The notes: generated by a model from the sequence alone, not told the origin. A stretch of 64,000 nucleotides of DNA from Cystobasidiomycetes sp. EMM_F5 (GCA_051047955.1 JBPGPT010000017.1:124001-188000); one strand, 5' to 3'. Shown: positions 12,239-25,224, numbered from the stretch's first letter. Made by a program: numbers and translations.

Positions 12239-14179
12239 ATGGAGGGCGTTGTTGTTCTATCAAATAGGTGAAAGAAGTCTTCTTTGCTATGCTGGGCAAC
12301 TCTCTAAGCCTCGTCATGCAGCAAAGCCCTGGTTTCGTCACACTTTGTACGACCAGCAGTCGCCGACTTAGCCATTGATGCGTTTCTGGCGGCTAAGCGA
12401 GCAGCGCCGTCGACTAGCAAGGCCGGAGCTCTCTCCCAAGACTCTATAACGAGCTCTAGCCATATCGAACCCGTCATCTTCTTCGACGCTTTCGATGACA
12501 TGCTGAAGCCCAACAGGTCTACAAACGGAACCCACAATAGACCGGAGAAGGCCAAGCACAGAATTGATAACAATACCTATTCTGTGGATAGCGATGAAAG
12601 TGAAGAGGACAGCGAAACGTCTAGTGATGACGACGCGAGCGACACCGGAAAGGACGACCTGACAAGCAATGCTTGGGCGACAGATGCACGTCTCACTGCC
12701 AACAGCTCTGAAGGCACTGGCATCAAGCCGAGTACTTCATATTCCTGCAGTCATATCACCCACAATGGCTTACATTTCTTAGTGCCAAGTAGGACGTCAA
12801 GTATGTTGTCCAGTATACTTCCCCTAGAATGTCGGACTGCAACTGACAACTTTTCTCTACTGCCCTACTCTTGTAGCTGATACCGCCGTTGCGTTCACTT
12901 ATCTTTATCGCTTGATTGAAATTCTGAAAGCGCACCTCGGGGGTGAAGTATCGGAAATCAGTCTGCGCGAGAACTTCGACATTGTTTTGCAAATATTGAG
13001 CGAAACCTTCTCCGCTCCTGGCCCAAATACTACCGACGCTGCTAGTCTGAACGCCCTAGTCCCGACTTCAAACATTTTCAAGAAGGTCTTGAATGCTGGT
13101 CTTGCTGCTGCGCAGAATACTAGCGTCAATATCAGTGCTTCATCCACCTCGGTCTCCATCGTGCATGGATCTTCCTTCTCGAGTCCTCTGTATTGGCGTC
13201 GCGAAGGTATACGATATGCTCAGAACGAGGTATATTTCGACATTAAGGAGGATATTACCGCCCTCATAGACAAGTAATTTATCCTATCTATCTTTGCTAA
13301 AGACGCAGAGTAAGCTGAAGTGATCATGCATCGTAGACGCGGCACCATTGTCACGGGTGATGTGCTTGGACGGGTCATCTGCAAATGCAAGCTGTCCGGC
13401 ATGCCTGATGTTGCCATGTCATTGACGAATCCGAGTCTGGTGGAAGATCCTGTCTTCCATCCATGCGTTCGGTACGGCACAGGTACATGCATACTCTATA
13501 CATTCGCTAAACAGTTCGTGTGAACAGGCTCGGACGGTGGACGACTTCGAAAACAATATCTTTCGTGCCGCCTGATGGCGATTTCGAGCTGCTGTCGTAT
13601 CGCTTAGCTACAAACACATCACCTTCCCGACACAGCGTCCAATCATCACGAAATTTGCATCTCCCCGTCCAGGTGCAGCCGATCGTCACGGTCGGGGAAG
13701 TCGGTGGATCCTTCAGTATATGCGTCTCGCCACCGCGGAGCTCTCCCAGCGGCAATACGCCAAACCTTGAGAGTATGGTGGTCTCTTTCTACCTTGGATC
13801 AAACGCCGTTGCCGTGACGGGCAGTATATCGAATGGCGGTGGTGTTAGCAGGACGCGTGTTGGTGGGATAGGCAACGGCGGAGTGTCTCCAGGTTATACT
13901 CCCGCGGGAGGTTCGTGGGAATTTGATACCCTTTCATACACATTGCGATGGCGCATTGCAAGTCTGACAGGCAACGTACCCACACTCTCCGGCACGTGGA
14001 CTTTCGATGAGTCCAAAGCAAAAAGTAAACCGAGCCCATTTATACAAGTAAGCTTCTCTGCTCCGCTGGCAAGCATTTCTGGCTTGGGCGTATCAAACTT
14101 GAAGGTAGAGGGGGAAAAGTACTCGGTCTACAAGGGGGTTAGAAGTAGTCTTAGCGGTAGACTTGAAGTGAGGTGGTAA
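12239..14179 (+). CDS. APM3: AP-3 adaptor complex mu subunit
   Basis: Mu-adaptin motifs: LRENFDIVLQIL, WRREGIRYAQNEVYFDIKE, CKLSGMPDV, FHPCVR, SFVPPDGDFELLSY, C-terminal YKGVRS...LEVRW. Confidence 0.85.
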
Positions 14180-14334
14180 GGGCGCGGATCAATCGACGTT
14201 GTTTAGCTATGCTGGATTATACAACAATTGTCCTGCAAACTTCGCGACTGAGGACCCCTCGAGACAAGCTCGCCCAAGATAAAGTCACGCTAGAATTTCA
14301 AATAAGCTGACGAGGAATGGCTCTTGTAGTAAGT

Positions 14335-15107
14335 CTACCTACCCACGACACGTATACCGATATTCCTGCAAGTCCCGAGTACACTGCTTGCTATTTGCTC
14401 TAATCCGATATGCTTCAGGTGATCATCCGTCTTCTTGATTTTGGCGATTTCATAGATATGTTTCAGAGAAACTTTCCCAATCTCCTTGAAGTTGGTTGTG
14501 GGTCCGCTAGATGCGGCTTGTTGGCCAGCCAGACCCATAGCAGGCGACGGGGCGCTACCAAGCAATACGAGCGCTTTTCCGGAGGGCGGCGATCCAGACC
14601 CCTTCCCAACACCAGCAGCTCTCATCAGTAACCACGATGTAGGCGGAGTCTTGATGGTGAAGGTAAAAGATCGGCTGGTCATATCAATGGTCAGCTTGAC
14701 CGGGGTAGGCGTTCCGGGGACCAGATGAGATGTTCGAGCATTGAATTCTGTAAGAACAGGTTGTTAGTAGAACGTGCGGGTCTTGCATGGGCTCCTCTGG
14801 CCACCTTTGCAGAAGTCCTGTCGACTATCACTTTAGCCATAATTTCAGCCTGGCTCGCTTCTGCACCCACAATTGATTTGATGCCACGAGCGCCCAGAGC
14901 AGGTCCTACTGGAGGAGAAGGCGTAGCCCGTGCTATGCCGTACAGCTCGAAGCTTCAGCAAACGATTCTTCCCGCAAAGCGCGGTCACGCCTCACCAGCT
15001 GGCACGAGCAAGCTGCAATATTCCGTCAGCCGCAATCTGATGGTTTGGATAAATGGCCCAGCTCACCGAACAGCCTGTATGGCCTGACCCGCAGCTTGTT
15101 TACTCAT
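14335..15107 (-). CDS. MRPL19: Mitochondrial ribosomal protein uL11m
   Basis: Spliced: MSKQAAGQAIQAVR...[29 protein letters not shown]...TFTIKTPPTSWLL...VSLKHIYEIAKIK, the uL11 signature. Confidence 0.9.
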
Positions 15108-15341
15108 GGTTTACTCCAGCATCGCAGTCTGCGGAATGGCAAGCTGCTGCAATGACCTAACAAGCCTTCGAAAGCCGTTCCGTTTGATCAGGAAAGTGTT
15201 CAACATTTTCACTGAGCGACGGCAGTTGCTGCGTGTCGTCTCCTCTCCGCCCTGGTTATCCAACTGACCCCAACAGAGCCAAAACGAACTCTATGTCCGA
15301 AATACATCTGTCTTCACGATAGGCCTATCAGCGGCGCCGGC

Positions 15342-16943
15342 ATGGTCGACCCATCCTTTTCCAGCGCCCTGGCTACTGTAGAAACTCTTTTGCACAACAT
15401 TGCTCCCTCGACGCTGACGGGCGCAGAGAACGGCAGAAAGATCCTATCCTTTGACCGTGCAAACATCATCTCGAGCAAGCGGGCCTGGGAGGCGCACGGA
15501 AGCTTTGCAGTCACCAATCATACAGATGTCTGGCAGGATGCAGACAGTGAGAAGCGCTTCCAGGTGGTGATGTGCCGTGTAGTTTACACAACCGATTTCA
15601 CAAAACCTGGCGAACCGGCAAAGCAGGCGCTTGCTTTGGCGGACGGCAAAGGCAGCTCCAGTATCATGCTCTGGATGGATTTTTTTTGAAAAGAAGCATT
15701 TAGTATTTGGTTTGCTCAATCCTGCCACGAAACAATTCAGACTCAATGGTTACATTGTCATTACTTTCGGTTCTTTACATCTGCAAGCTACCGCAGTGCG
15801 CGAAAGTGTGGCGGTAAAACTATCCAATCCGTCTTTCTTGTTCGTTCTTTCTGCCGATGGAACAGAAATCAAGGCTTCACTCGCACCGGCGCTTGAGCTT
15901 GATACAACATCAGGTGAGTAACAACTGTCACTTACTGCAGGACTCGAAAGCTTAGGCTGGCTTACGCCAACAAAGTCATGGCGCATCGGTTAGAACTCGT
16001 CCAATCCGGCCGGTTCAGGACAACCATCAGCCGAAAGGTAGCGATGTCATCAGCTGAAACGTCCACCGCAACGCAAGGCCGGTCACAAGCACCTGCACTA
16101 CAAGGAGGTCTAAAATCGTTGACCGCCGACGGGGCGCAACGCGCCGATTCTGTTGCCCTTGCCGATGCCGATGCTGCAGCGGCTTCGGCTTGGCTTGCGA
16201 GTCGCTACGCGAACCCTGTGGACGGCCGCTCACGCGCGAGCGCAGGAAGTTCTTCGGTATCCCAGTCGAGCCGGCACCATATACTGTGTGCAGGTGATTA
16301 GCTGCTGGCAGAGCCTGATTGCGCAGATAGCGCGAATACACTCAGCGAACTGGGTAGATCCACTGACCCGTCGAGGCCCAGTATCACATTGGCGGAAAGT
16401 AAGGACTCGCGCAGACTTGCATCCCCACTCCGTCCCACAGCGACATCGCGTACGCAACACGCGGATAATGCATTGCATGATGTCTTTCCTCGAGCGGGAA
16501 CTGTAGCCAACGAGGATGGACAGAATGGAGAAGAACAGGAGGACGAAGAGGAAGAGCAGGACGCAGAAGATGAAGATGGCGATGAAGATCATGATGACGC
16601 AGACGAAAGCGAAGACGAGGAGGAAGATTACAATGTGGATTGTTCGGTTTGCAAAAACCTCGACTCGAAGCTTTCCCGATTTGTACAGTGTGACAATTGC
16701 GACAGATGGGAACATATCGCATGTCATCAAAGCGCTGATAAGCGCGCTGGCTCGCCCAAGCGAGATTTCTCGATGGTCGATTTTCTCTGTCCGGGCTGCG
16801 CGTCTAGTGAAGGTGAGGACAGGCTCACCTTACCGAAAGCGAAGCGTGTCCGCTTCGGAACGCAGAGCTACAGGAGTCAGAGGAACATCATCAGATATGG
16901 GCGTGATCAGAACCGTCACGCACGATCATCCCCCCTCCTCTGA
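15342..16943 (+). CDS. PHD-finger protein with acidic tract; reading frame broken near 15680-15689
   Basis: C-terminal CSVC...FVQCDNCDRWEHIAC...FLCPGC is a C4HC3 PHD finger, preceded by a D/E tract. Upstream ORFs 15342, 15631 and 15978 are linked by probable introns and one frame break. Confidence 0.6.
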
Positions 16944-17288
16944 ATATCACGTCAATGTCATCAGTAGCCGGAACATACAGCGAAGGGAACTGTCAAGCAG
17001 AACGACAAGGGCTGCAGTGCGTCTCTAGAGTGATGCAGGACTGGTACAACGGCTTGGGCAGGGAGCTACACTAGCAACGTACAGAACATATGCATTTTCA
17101 CCTTGTCGCACCCGAAAATCTGCCAGACAGCTCGAATTTCGCTTCACAACACGGGTCAGTACCATGCTCAACCTCAGCACGGTCGCTCAACGGCGTCGGT
17201 GACACGCAATCTCTTATTTCCGGCAACTATTTCGCACAACAATGCCTTTCATAGGTGTATTGGTGATGCAGCCATGCAGATACAAACG

Positions 17289-18004
17289 TTATTGGTCAGC
17301 TGCTGCCGCTTCGTATCTGGCTTTACTACCGGCAAACAGCATCTCCTGTTGCCTTATTAATTCCTCCTCGGTCAGGCCTGATGCAGCCAGCTTGTTTGTT
17401 CCTTTCCTCGCATTCTTATCCTGTCATTGGACACAATCAATAACAGCGAAAAGCCTTGGTAACACACAGATGATTCTCACCTTGCTCTGTTGTTTGTGCT
17501 CGGACGCTACTTCGTCAACCTGTTCTATGTATGATTCATAACCTAATGACTGCAGGGATGATGTTGATCAGTGGAGGCCCTGCATTCGCACTGAATAATC
17601 GCTGACCTTCAAAGCCGACACGATGTGTTCTGGCAGGATCGTCTTCTTGGAGTCTTTCTCGCATATCTCGTTTGCTTCTCCGGAAACCAAGAGAATGAAT
17701 TCTGTATTTGTAGTCGTATGTCAGGAACATTCAAGTTCAGATGTACCTCGTGGGATAACCCTACCTTTACAGCAGTCTCCCAGAAACTCCTTGACTTCTT
17801 TGGCACATGACATGTCGGCAGGCAACAATTCTGCGTGGATCAATTAGAGAGAGCCAGAAATAATAGCAGCACAATTAGATGGACGGCGTAGTACTTTCTG
17901 CTGCAAACGGGCTTACCTGACACCAGTTTGGCTACCGTAGCCTTGGGCAGACTGAGATCATCAGACGAACCGCCAGCTGGGCCTGCCGCTTCATTATCGG
18001 ACAT
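17289..18004 (-). CDS. NCB2: Negative cofactor 2 beta subunit (Dr1/NC2-beta, histone fold), 5 exons
   Basis: Manual splicing gives [87 protein letters not shown]...[21 protein letters not shown]. All four introns are GT-AG. Confidence 0.95.
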
Positions 18005-18199
18005 TGGCGTCCGCCAGCGGCTGATGGATCAGGACCCGAGCTGCAAAAGGCAGTATCGTATGTGTATGTATTGTTCTCCGTCAAACCCAGCCTGTATTCG
18101 ACTCTGATCAAAGCGTTCGGGTACGGCTCAATCGGCACTTTGTATTTTCTGCCTCTCGACAACTGCAATCTAAATCCTGAACATATCTGCACAACCACA

Positions 18200-18702
18200 A
18201 TGGCTGTCACACCAGTCAATCCGAAACCTTTTCTTCAAGGGCAGTCTGGCAAACTCGTTATTGTTCGGCTGAAATGGGGGATGGAATATAAAGGCTACCT
18301 CGTGTCGACAGACAGCTATATGAACGTCCAAGTGAGCAGATGTAAGGCTGCACGGAGTACAATAGATGCTAATGTCCTGTTCTAGCTTGCGAATACCGAA
18401 GAATTGCAAGACGGCGAAAGCAAAGGCACGCTAGGCGAAGTCATGATTCGGTAGGTTTTACGTATAGAAATGAGCGTGGAAGCTCACGGACTGACGCCTC
18501 TCATCCTCGTTACAGGTGTAATAACGTGAGCGTAGTGAAAACGATACCTTTGGCCGTTCGCACGCTGACTTTCTCGAAACCTTCTTGATCGGGCGTTGTT
18601 ACAGGTTATGTGGATGTCAGTGGCAGTACAAGCATGCTCTTTGTTTCATTTGCTAATGTTCTGTTTTGCTCCTGTAGTCAAGAAGTCAAGGACGAGGAAT
18701 AG
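18200..18702 (+). CDS. SMX3: Small nuclear ribonucleoprotein SmF, 5 exons
   Basis: [12 protein letters not shown]...[29 protein letters not shown]...[16 protein letters not shown]; micro-exons at 18516-18525 and 18605-18615. Confidence 0.95.
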
Positions 18703-18895
18703 GTGTTCCGCCCAGTAGAAGCATTGCGAGATTATACATCAGTGTAATAAAAAATGACAGACCGGCGTCAGATACAACAAGAATGCATCTCCTGCGTACA
18801 AGATGCTCTTGTAGTCATTCGCAAGTCACAGCAATCAAGACGTACCGCGTCACACGCTCGTGAACGTTGTATCTAAATCTAACATTATGCGAGTC

Positions 18896-21089
18896 TTACA
18901 GTAATTCTTCTTTCGCCTTTGATTCCGTGATTTCCGGAGGCTTCGCAGTTACTGCCTTGAGATCACTTTGGTCATGCTCTGCAATGTGGCTGGCGGTAAC
19001 ATGCGGCTGAGCCAGATCCCGTTGCGCAGAAGCTTGCATTTCAGCAAGAGATCCGGCAACACTCGCAGTGAGCGGCCCAGGACCTTTACGCTCAAAGAAT
19101 CCGTATGCTGTCCTGGGAGTGCTGCATCCTTTCTCAGCTTTAGCTTCACCCTTGCTTCCACGAAGATTGGAGATAGGCCGCTTTGATTGCGGCTTCGGAG
19201 AGAACGGCGGCAATGCGCTGAAGGAGTCTCTCAATTTGCGTGGACTGGCCTTCTTTTCTCCTGTGACGGTAGTCTTTGCTGTGATTGTCGCGGGAATAGA
19301 CCCGGATGACAGGACGATCCAGCATTGGCCAATACACCCTGCCTCGCTGGGAGCTGACAGATAGATGCGTTCTCTCGATGAAGCTAGACTCGGATCTGCG
19401 TTACTGATATTGTTGCGCAACTGTTGAGGATGCCCTAGAGGACGCGGCGGACTGTCGCTGTTCATATCGGTAACCAATAGCGTTGAGTCTATCATAAACA
19501 GCGACCACAAAGCCCATGATCGCATCAGATCGCCCGCAAGAATGAAGCGCGATTGAGCGAAGTCATCGACCCAGGCAACAACATCACAGCGATCTCGGGC
19601 GATGAACGTGAGCGGCTGTCCAGTTGATTCAGGCGCCGCGCTCATTACGAATACCTACAAGTTGCATTAGCAAAAATGCCGTCGATATAATTATTACAGC
19701 TCACATCTACTGGGTTGTGAGGAGGGTGATGTGGCCGCGCTACAGTCAGGTTAGCCAGCATTGCAAATGGTGGATTTTGCGCCGTGGCCATGGAGTATGT
19801 CGATGTTAAGGCGGTTCCCTCCGGTACAGCTGCGCAATCAAGAAACGTCTATCAGTCACGGCAGCTGGCTTGTCTTCACCTGAGTTCCCTACTATGTTGT
19901 CTGCCAAGGTCTGCTTCACAGTCAGATTCCATCGCTGAATCGTTTGCCAGAGTCTCCACGCCTGACGCTGCTGGGTTGGGTCGCTCGCTTCGGACTCCCC
20001 GATGGGCCGCTTTGATGGGATGTAGCATCGGTAGTGCTGATATATCGGTTGGTAGCTTCGTGTCTTCAGGCGCCGAGATAGCAACATTGTCTTGCAGAGT
20101 GCACACGTCGTCGGTTTCGCTGTCATCCGGAGACGTATTTTGGATATGAGGCACGCGCGGACTGCGGTTTGAAGTTGTATAGCCTGCCGTGTACAGTGCC
20201 GAGCCGGGCTGCTTGGGCGCTGACGTTCTTTTTGGAACGCCCTCCGGCAGATAGTCTTCGTCTACGCTTGCTTGTCGAGATTTTCTGGTCAACTTGATGC
20301 CGCTGAGACCCGAATTATCGTCGTTTGAGAGGGTTCTACGTGGCTTATCAGTTGCATTCCGCTTGACGTTACCTAGATCCTCGTATGTCTGCAGCACGAG
20401 ATCAATTTTATTTCGACAAACTAACGATTGTATGGAGACTGACACTGTCGCGTGTGATAGAATCGTGCTTCCAGAAAGTAGAGGATGCATCCCCGCTATC
20501 GCTCGGAGTCTGGATACGTTTCCAACCGTAGATATTCACTAGCGTCGCGTCATCAGGTCAACAGAGCGTTTAGAAGGACTAACACCTGTCTTACGTTGTC
20601 GTGCCTGAGAAGCGGCATGTTAGCTCGTAGCGTGGTAAAACGTCGAAGGATACGCACGAAAGACGAATACGACTTTTGATTGAACAAATTGCATATTACA
20701 TTCTCAAGTAATGTCTCCTTGTTGGGAATGACTAGGTATGTTCCATCAGTACTCCACCTAGACGTTTTACGTGGTCAGTAAGCGTGGCCAAGATTGGCAG
20801 TACAAGCCTACCTCAGATGAGCAGAAGTTGGGTTCTCCCGTAAGAACGTGAAGAGTGAAGTCAGAAAATTCTTCTTGGTAACCACTTCTCCGCTATTTTC
20901 GCTAAGCATCGAAGGAGCTGGCGACGCAGCCCTGCTGTACTTTCTGGGATCATGCAGGTTGATTGCTGGCAATCCCAGAGAGTGCTTTGGCCGTTTGATA
21001 CCAGGAAGATCCCATTCTTCTGTGATTTCTCGCCGCTTGCATCTGTTGGTCAAGCCGAGCAGCGGAACAGACGTTTGGAAGGTTGTCAT
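18896..21089 (-). CDS. HSF-type DNA-binding-domain transcription factor (divergent, multi-exon)
   Basis: Splicing reconstructs KKNFLTSLFTFLRENPTSAHLRWSTDGTYLVIPNKETLLENVICNLFNQKSYSSFARQLNIYGWKR...FWKHDSITRD, matching the HSF winged-helix pattern. A GTGAGC...TTGTAG intron links the upstream exons to ORF 18896-19645. Confidence 0.8.
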
Positions 21090-21642
21090 AACGAGGAGAG
21101 TTTGGGTGAGTAGCTTCTCAGCAGAGAAGAGAAGGTAGTTTCCAGAACATCACGTTAGTATACTCAGTATAAATGTATCAAAGGGGCGTGATTGGTTTGG
21201 ATTCGCTGCCGGTTTGGAGTGCAAACATGGCCAGCGTACGAAGCGGAGCGGAAGCGTACCAAATGTACCAAAGAGAAATTACGTCGGTCGCGACGCTCTG
21301 CGAACGCTATGCAACCGATACGTCTAGATACGTTTTCATTAGGTTGCTGTACGATGTGCCACCGCCGGCAGCAGTCACAGGCAGCACCAACACCGTCAGC
21401 GGGGTGTAAAGGAGAGTAGTCAATACAAAGATCCCATACGATTAGACACGGGCTCAATAGACTGTGCTGTCCGTCAGCAGCCCGTTGAGTCACGACCGCG
21501 GTTGGACCGATGGATTCAGGTCAACGTCCATGCGATTGAATCTGCTGCACAGCCTGTCGAGTCTATACGAGCTGTCAATAGATGACTTCCCATCAGTCCT
21601 CGCAAGCCCAGACTGCGACTGGTGATTGGCGCGCTTCGAGCC

Positions 21643-23235
21643 ATGCCGGAGGTCTTCACGTACGAATATGTCGCTCGGTCGCTTCTACAAGCCGAAGAGC
21701 AATCAGTCAGCCGTGAACAGGAATGCAAGACCGTGCACTGTGCTGTAGCGAGAGAATTCGTAAGTGAAAGAGCAGTCCCCATATTGGTGTTGCTGGAATT
21801 GAGACCAAAGCATGACTAGGTACTCATCGACACGTTACCACCGCTATCACGGCTGTTGCAGGAAGCTGCGCAACAGGCAGTAATCACTGAGGAACAACAG
21901 AAATTGGATCAGGAGATGCGGGATGTCCTAGCGTCCGCATTGCCGACTGCAGAAGATGATCTGTTCGCCCCGGAGCCTGTACCAATAGCTTCTCCACCTA
22001 CGGCTGCACGGCGCCTGTCGGCAATACTTCAGAGAAGTCGCAGTTCGTCGACCTCAAGTGTCACTGGCAAGTCTACATCTGCACAGCCAGTCAAAAAGCG
22101 AAACTGGGAAGCGCATGATGTGTATCGTGCAATAGAGTAGGCCATTTCGGCGCTTGTGCCTGTGCTAAGCTGATGCACGATGCGCTATACAAGACGCAAA
22201 GACCTGACTACGATCTTCGAGATCCGGGATGCTGCGTTTCCTCTTCTTGTACAAAAGACTGGAGGCCAGACGCCCTTACTTTACGCATCGCGTAAGCTGT
22301 GACAGCTGTGAAGCGAGCAAAGGCTCATTCACTTTCAATCAGGCATCGGCAAATCACATAAAGAGATTGCTATACTCGTTCGTGAATGCCTGCATGGCTG
22401 CTGGATAATGCTCACGCTGGTGCTTTGAATGTACAGCTTACTGGAGCACTGTCGCGGTTCGTGAACCATCTACCTGACGACGCATCTCAAATAACGCCAG
22501 AGCTACAAGCTCTTATACGAGGCGTCCGTACAAACCTCAAATTGGCCATTAACGAATCCATCTCTTCAAATCAGACCGAGCTCGTCAGCAGCTATCTGCA
22601 AATCATAATCATGTCTGAGGGCGAGAAGTGGATCATCAATCAAACACAGTCCGTTGCACTGGCAATCCGGGCTGGCAAGACTGCTCGGCCAGTGCAGACG
22701 GCAAAAAGTGCTGTTCAAGCCTTCGCGACTCGGGAACTCAAAATGCTCGAGAAGGCGAATGCCGTTGCTAGCGTTGACGAGTATGTCATCTACCAGCGTG
22801 GCATAGATCTTCAGCTCTAAGCAGTATTGACTTTGCCTCTTGTCAGCTATTTGGCTAATGCAACCGTTGATCTGACCATGATGGCTATGTGGTCGTTGGT
22901 CACGGACAAGGTTGGCGGAGATCCACTACCATCCTATCAATTTGGGAGAGATGACAGGATATGCAAGTGGGTTGTCTTACCCCCAACGTCCCGTCTTCGT
23001 CACTGAATAATTCGTAGATCATTTGCCGAAGGAATCAAACTGGCGAGTCAGAAAGCAGAATATGACAAGAAAATCACGAAGCAGTTACGGATGCAGATCA
23101 ACGAGACTTTATCAGTGTGAGTCGGTATCAAATGACAATGGCATTCTACTAATATCTGAATCTGACAGAATGAACGCTCGAGCTACTGGACATTCAGAAA
23201 AGATGCGAGCGCTTGCCGACATATTCGATGAGTGA
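21643..23235 (+). CDS. Hypothetical helical protein with an ankyrin-like segment (multi-exon)
   Basis: Colinear ORFs with short GT-AG introns. KRNWEAHDVYRAIE / GGQTPLLYA / EIAILLTGALSRFVNHL resembles an ankyrin-like TPLLYA unit; function unknown. Confidence 0.6.
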
Positions 23236-23386
23236 TTGGCGTGTATTTCGTAACAAATGTAGCATACGCAGTGTGTATCGATTGTGTAGACTTAGTCGCG
23301 CCTCTCTGTTGTTGCCACTATCCATTACCGACTGCGTGAATTCAGCTTGCCGGTTGCCTTTGGACTCCTCACAACTTTTTGACAAG

Positions 23387-25050
23387 ATGGTATGGCAGCA
23401 TTGAAACCGCTCATATCAGAACTATACTGACAGGCATCCTTGATAGTCTAACAAGCCTACTACCGCGGCGTACGAGGAGTAAGCTCGTCCGCTATTTGAT
23501 AATTCACGATGCGGAACTGAGAGCTAGACTTGCGCGCGCACAGTATCTTCGGTGGTAGTGATTCCGAACTCTCGGACGTCGAAGAGGATGTCCAGCAGCA
23601 ACAGGGCCAGGCCATAGATGCTGGAGATGTATCTGGCTACGATGAGGAGGACGAAGCAGCCGCATTGGAAGCAGAAGCCGAGCGACTGGCAGGTCCAGAA
23701 GGCGACGAAGACGAGGAAGACGACAGAGGCGGTGATGCGGACTACACGGATCTGGCCAAGAAGGACGTGAATGGATTGCCATCTTTCAAAAAAGATCCAA
23801 ACCGCAAACGAAATGCCGTCGACGGCGAGGAGCGGCCAAAGTCAGCAACTTTGCGGCGATATGTTGATAGCTGCATTCGACTAATGCTGCCTGGTCACGA
23901 TATAGGAAAAGAGCCAAGAAGAGGGTCCAACGAGAGGAAGCCGAAAATGTGACCCCGCCGCCTATTGATCCTGTCGCAGGTAGGCAGATCAAGTCCCATC
24001 CTTCTCTGAATGCGGCTCAGTGACGTGCGCTCCCTTCAGAACGCGCTGCCAAACTCGACGCTATCTTGCAAAACAAGAAGCGCAAGGGACCGAAGAGAAA
24101 GCGCAAGGCGGGCGAAGAGGATGTTGGTCTATCCTCGTGCTATACCCCGCGCATAAGTTACTGAATAGCCATGCGTACAGCTTGATGAGCTCGCCGACGA
24201 GGAAGTCTACAGGCTGAGGCAACTTATGGAACATGCTGCGGATGCAGACAAGGAGGCGTACGAGTCCAATATGCCAGCTATCGAGAAACTCAAGTTGTTG
24301 CCCGAGGTTACGGCTGTCCTGCAAAAGTGGGTCACAATGTTTTCGCAAAACCGGATTTGAGGCTAAGAATTGTCTCGCTAGGCCACATCTGGAACAAACT
24401 ATCCTCGAAGCGGATATACTGACACAGATGAGACGGTGGCTGGAGCCAATAGGAAAAGCAATGCCGGCGCTCAATATTCAGCGAGCGCTCCTGGACGCAT
24501 TGACAAAGCTGGATCTGGAAACTTCTCAGCTCAAGGCAAGCGAATTGGGCAAGATTATCCTGTTTTATACCAAGCATCCTAAGCTTGACAGAGATGTCAA
24601 GCGAACCGCCGACCACCTCATCAGTAGGTCTTGCTGATGCAATACGAAGTACTATCCAAAGCCAACCGTTCAATTTATTATACCTGCAGTGGCTTGGATG
24701 CGACCCATCATTCGGCGTTCTGCACAAGCTCGCGACCGCATAGTACAGCGCGCGGATCCAAATCTGCCCATGAGACCTGCTGGCCGTTCACGAGTGCCGC
24801 TCACTGCAAAGGAGAAGGCCGACGCTGCACGAAGACACGCCAGTATACCGCAGCCCATCACAGCTGCATACACGATTGCTCCGCATAGTCGCATCTCGAA
24901 CGATCCTTCGATGGCGCCGAAGAGCAATGCGCGGTATAAGGGTGCGTTGCAATCAGCAATAAAGACCATGCCGACCTTGACTGATGATGCTTTTTGGCAG
25001 GCATGAAAGCAAGGCTCGACGCTGCCAGTCAGGATGCCCGGAGAATGTAA
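23387..25050 (+). CDS. IWS1: Transcription elongation factor Iws1/Spn1 (TFIIS N-terminal-like domain)
   Basis: Acidic N-terminus, then [20 protein letters not shown]...[30 protein letters not shown]. The 3' end is approximate. Confidence 0.88.
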
Positions 25051-25224
25051 TTGGTCGACGACAGAGTCGGCACTTGTTCTCCATGCGCTGCGCTGCCACT
25101 CTGTCGCCAGTGTGATGCTTTGCCCCTATCTAGGTCTCGATCGTGTTGGCAATAATTTTCATGTTGTCAAGAATTCTGCCTTCTTGCCTGTCTGTACATT
25201 AACTGTTTGCAGCACAGTCTGACC

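Noticed and set aside
16230..16730. Hydrophobic minus-strand ORF resembling a membrane protein
   Set aside because: Reverse complement of the GAA/GAT-rich acidic tract in the PHD gene.
25151..25162. RRPE-like AATTTTCA upstream of ERB1
   Set aside because: Single short match not clearly shared by the SOF1, RRP8 or ENP2 promoters.
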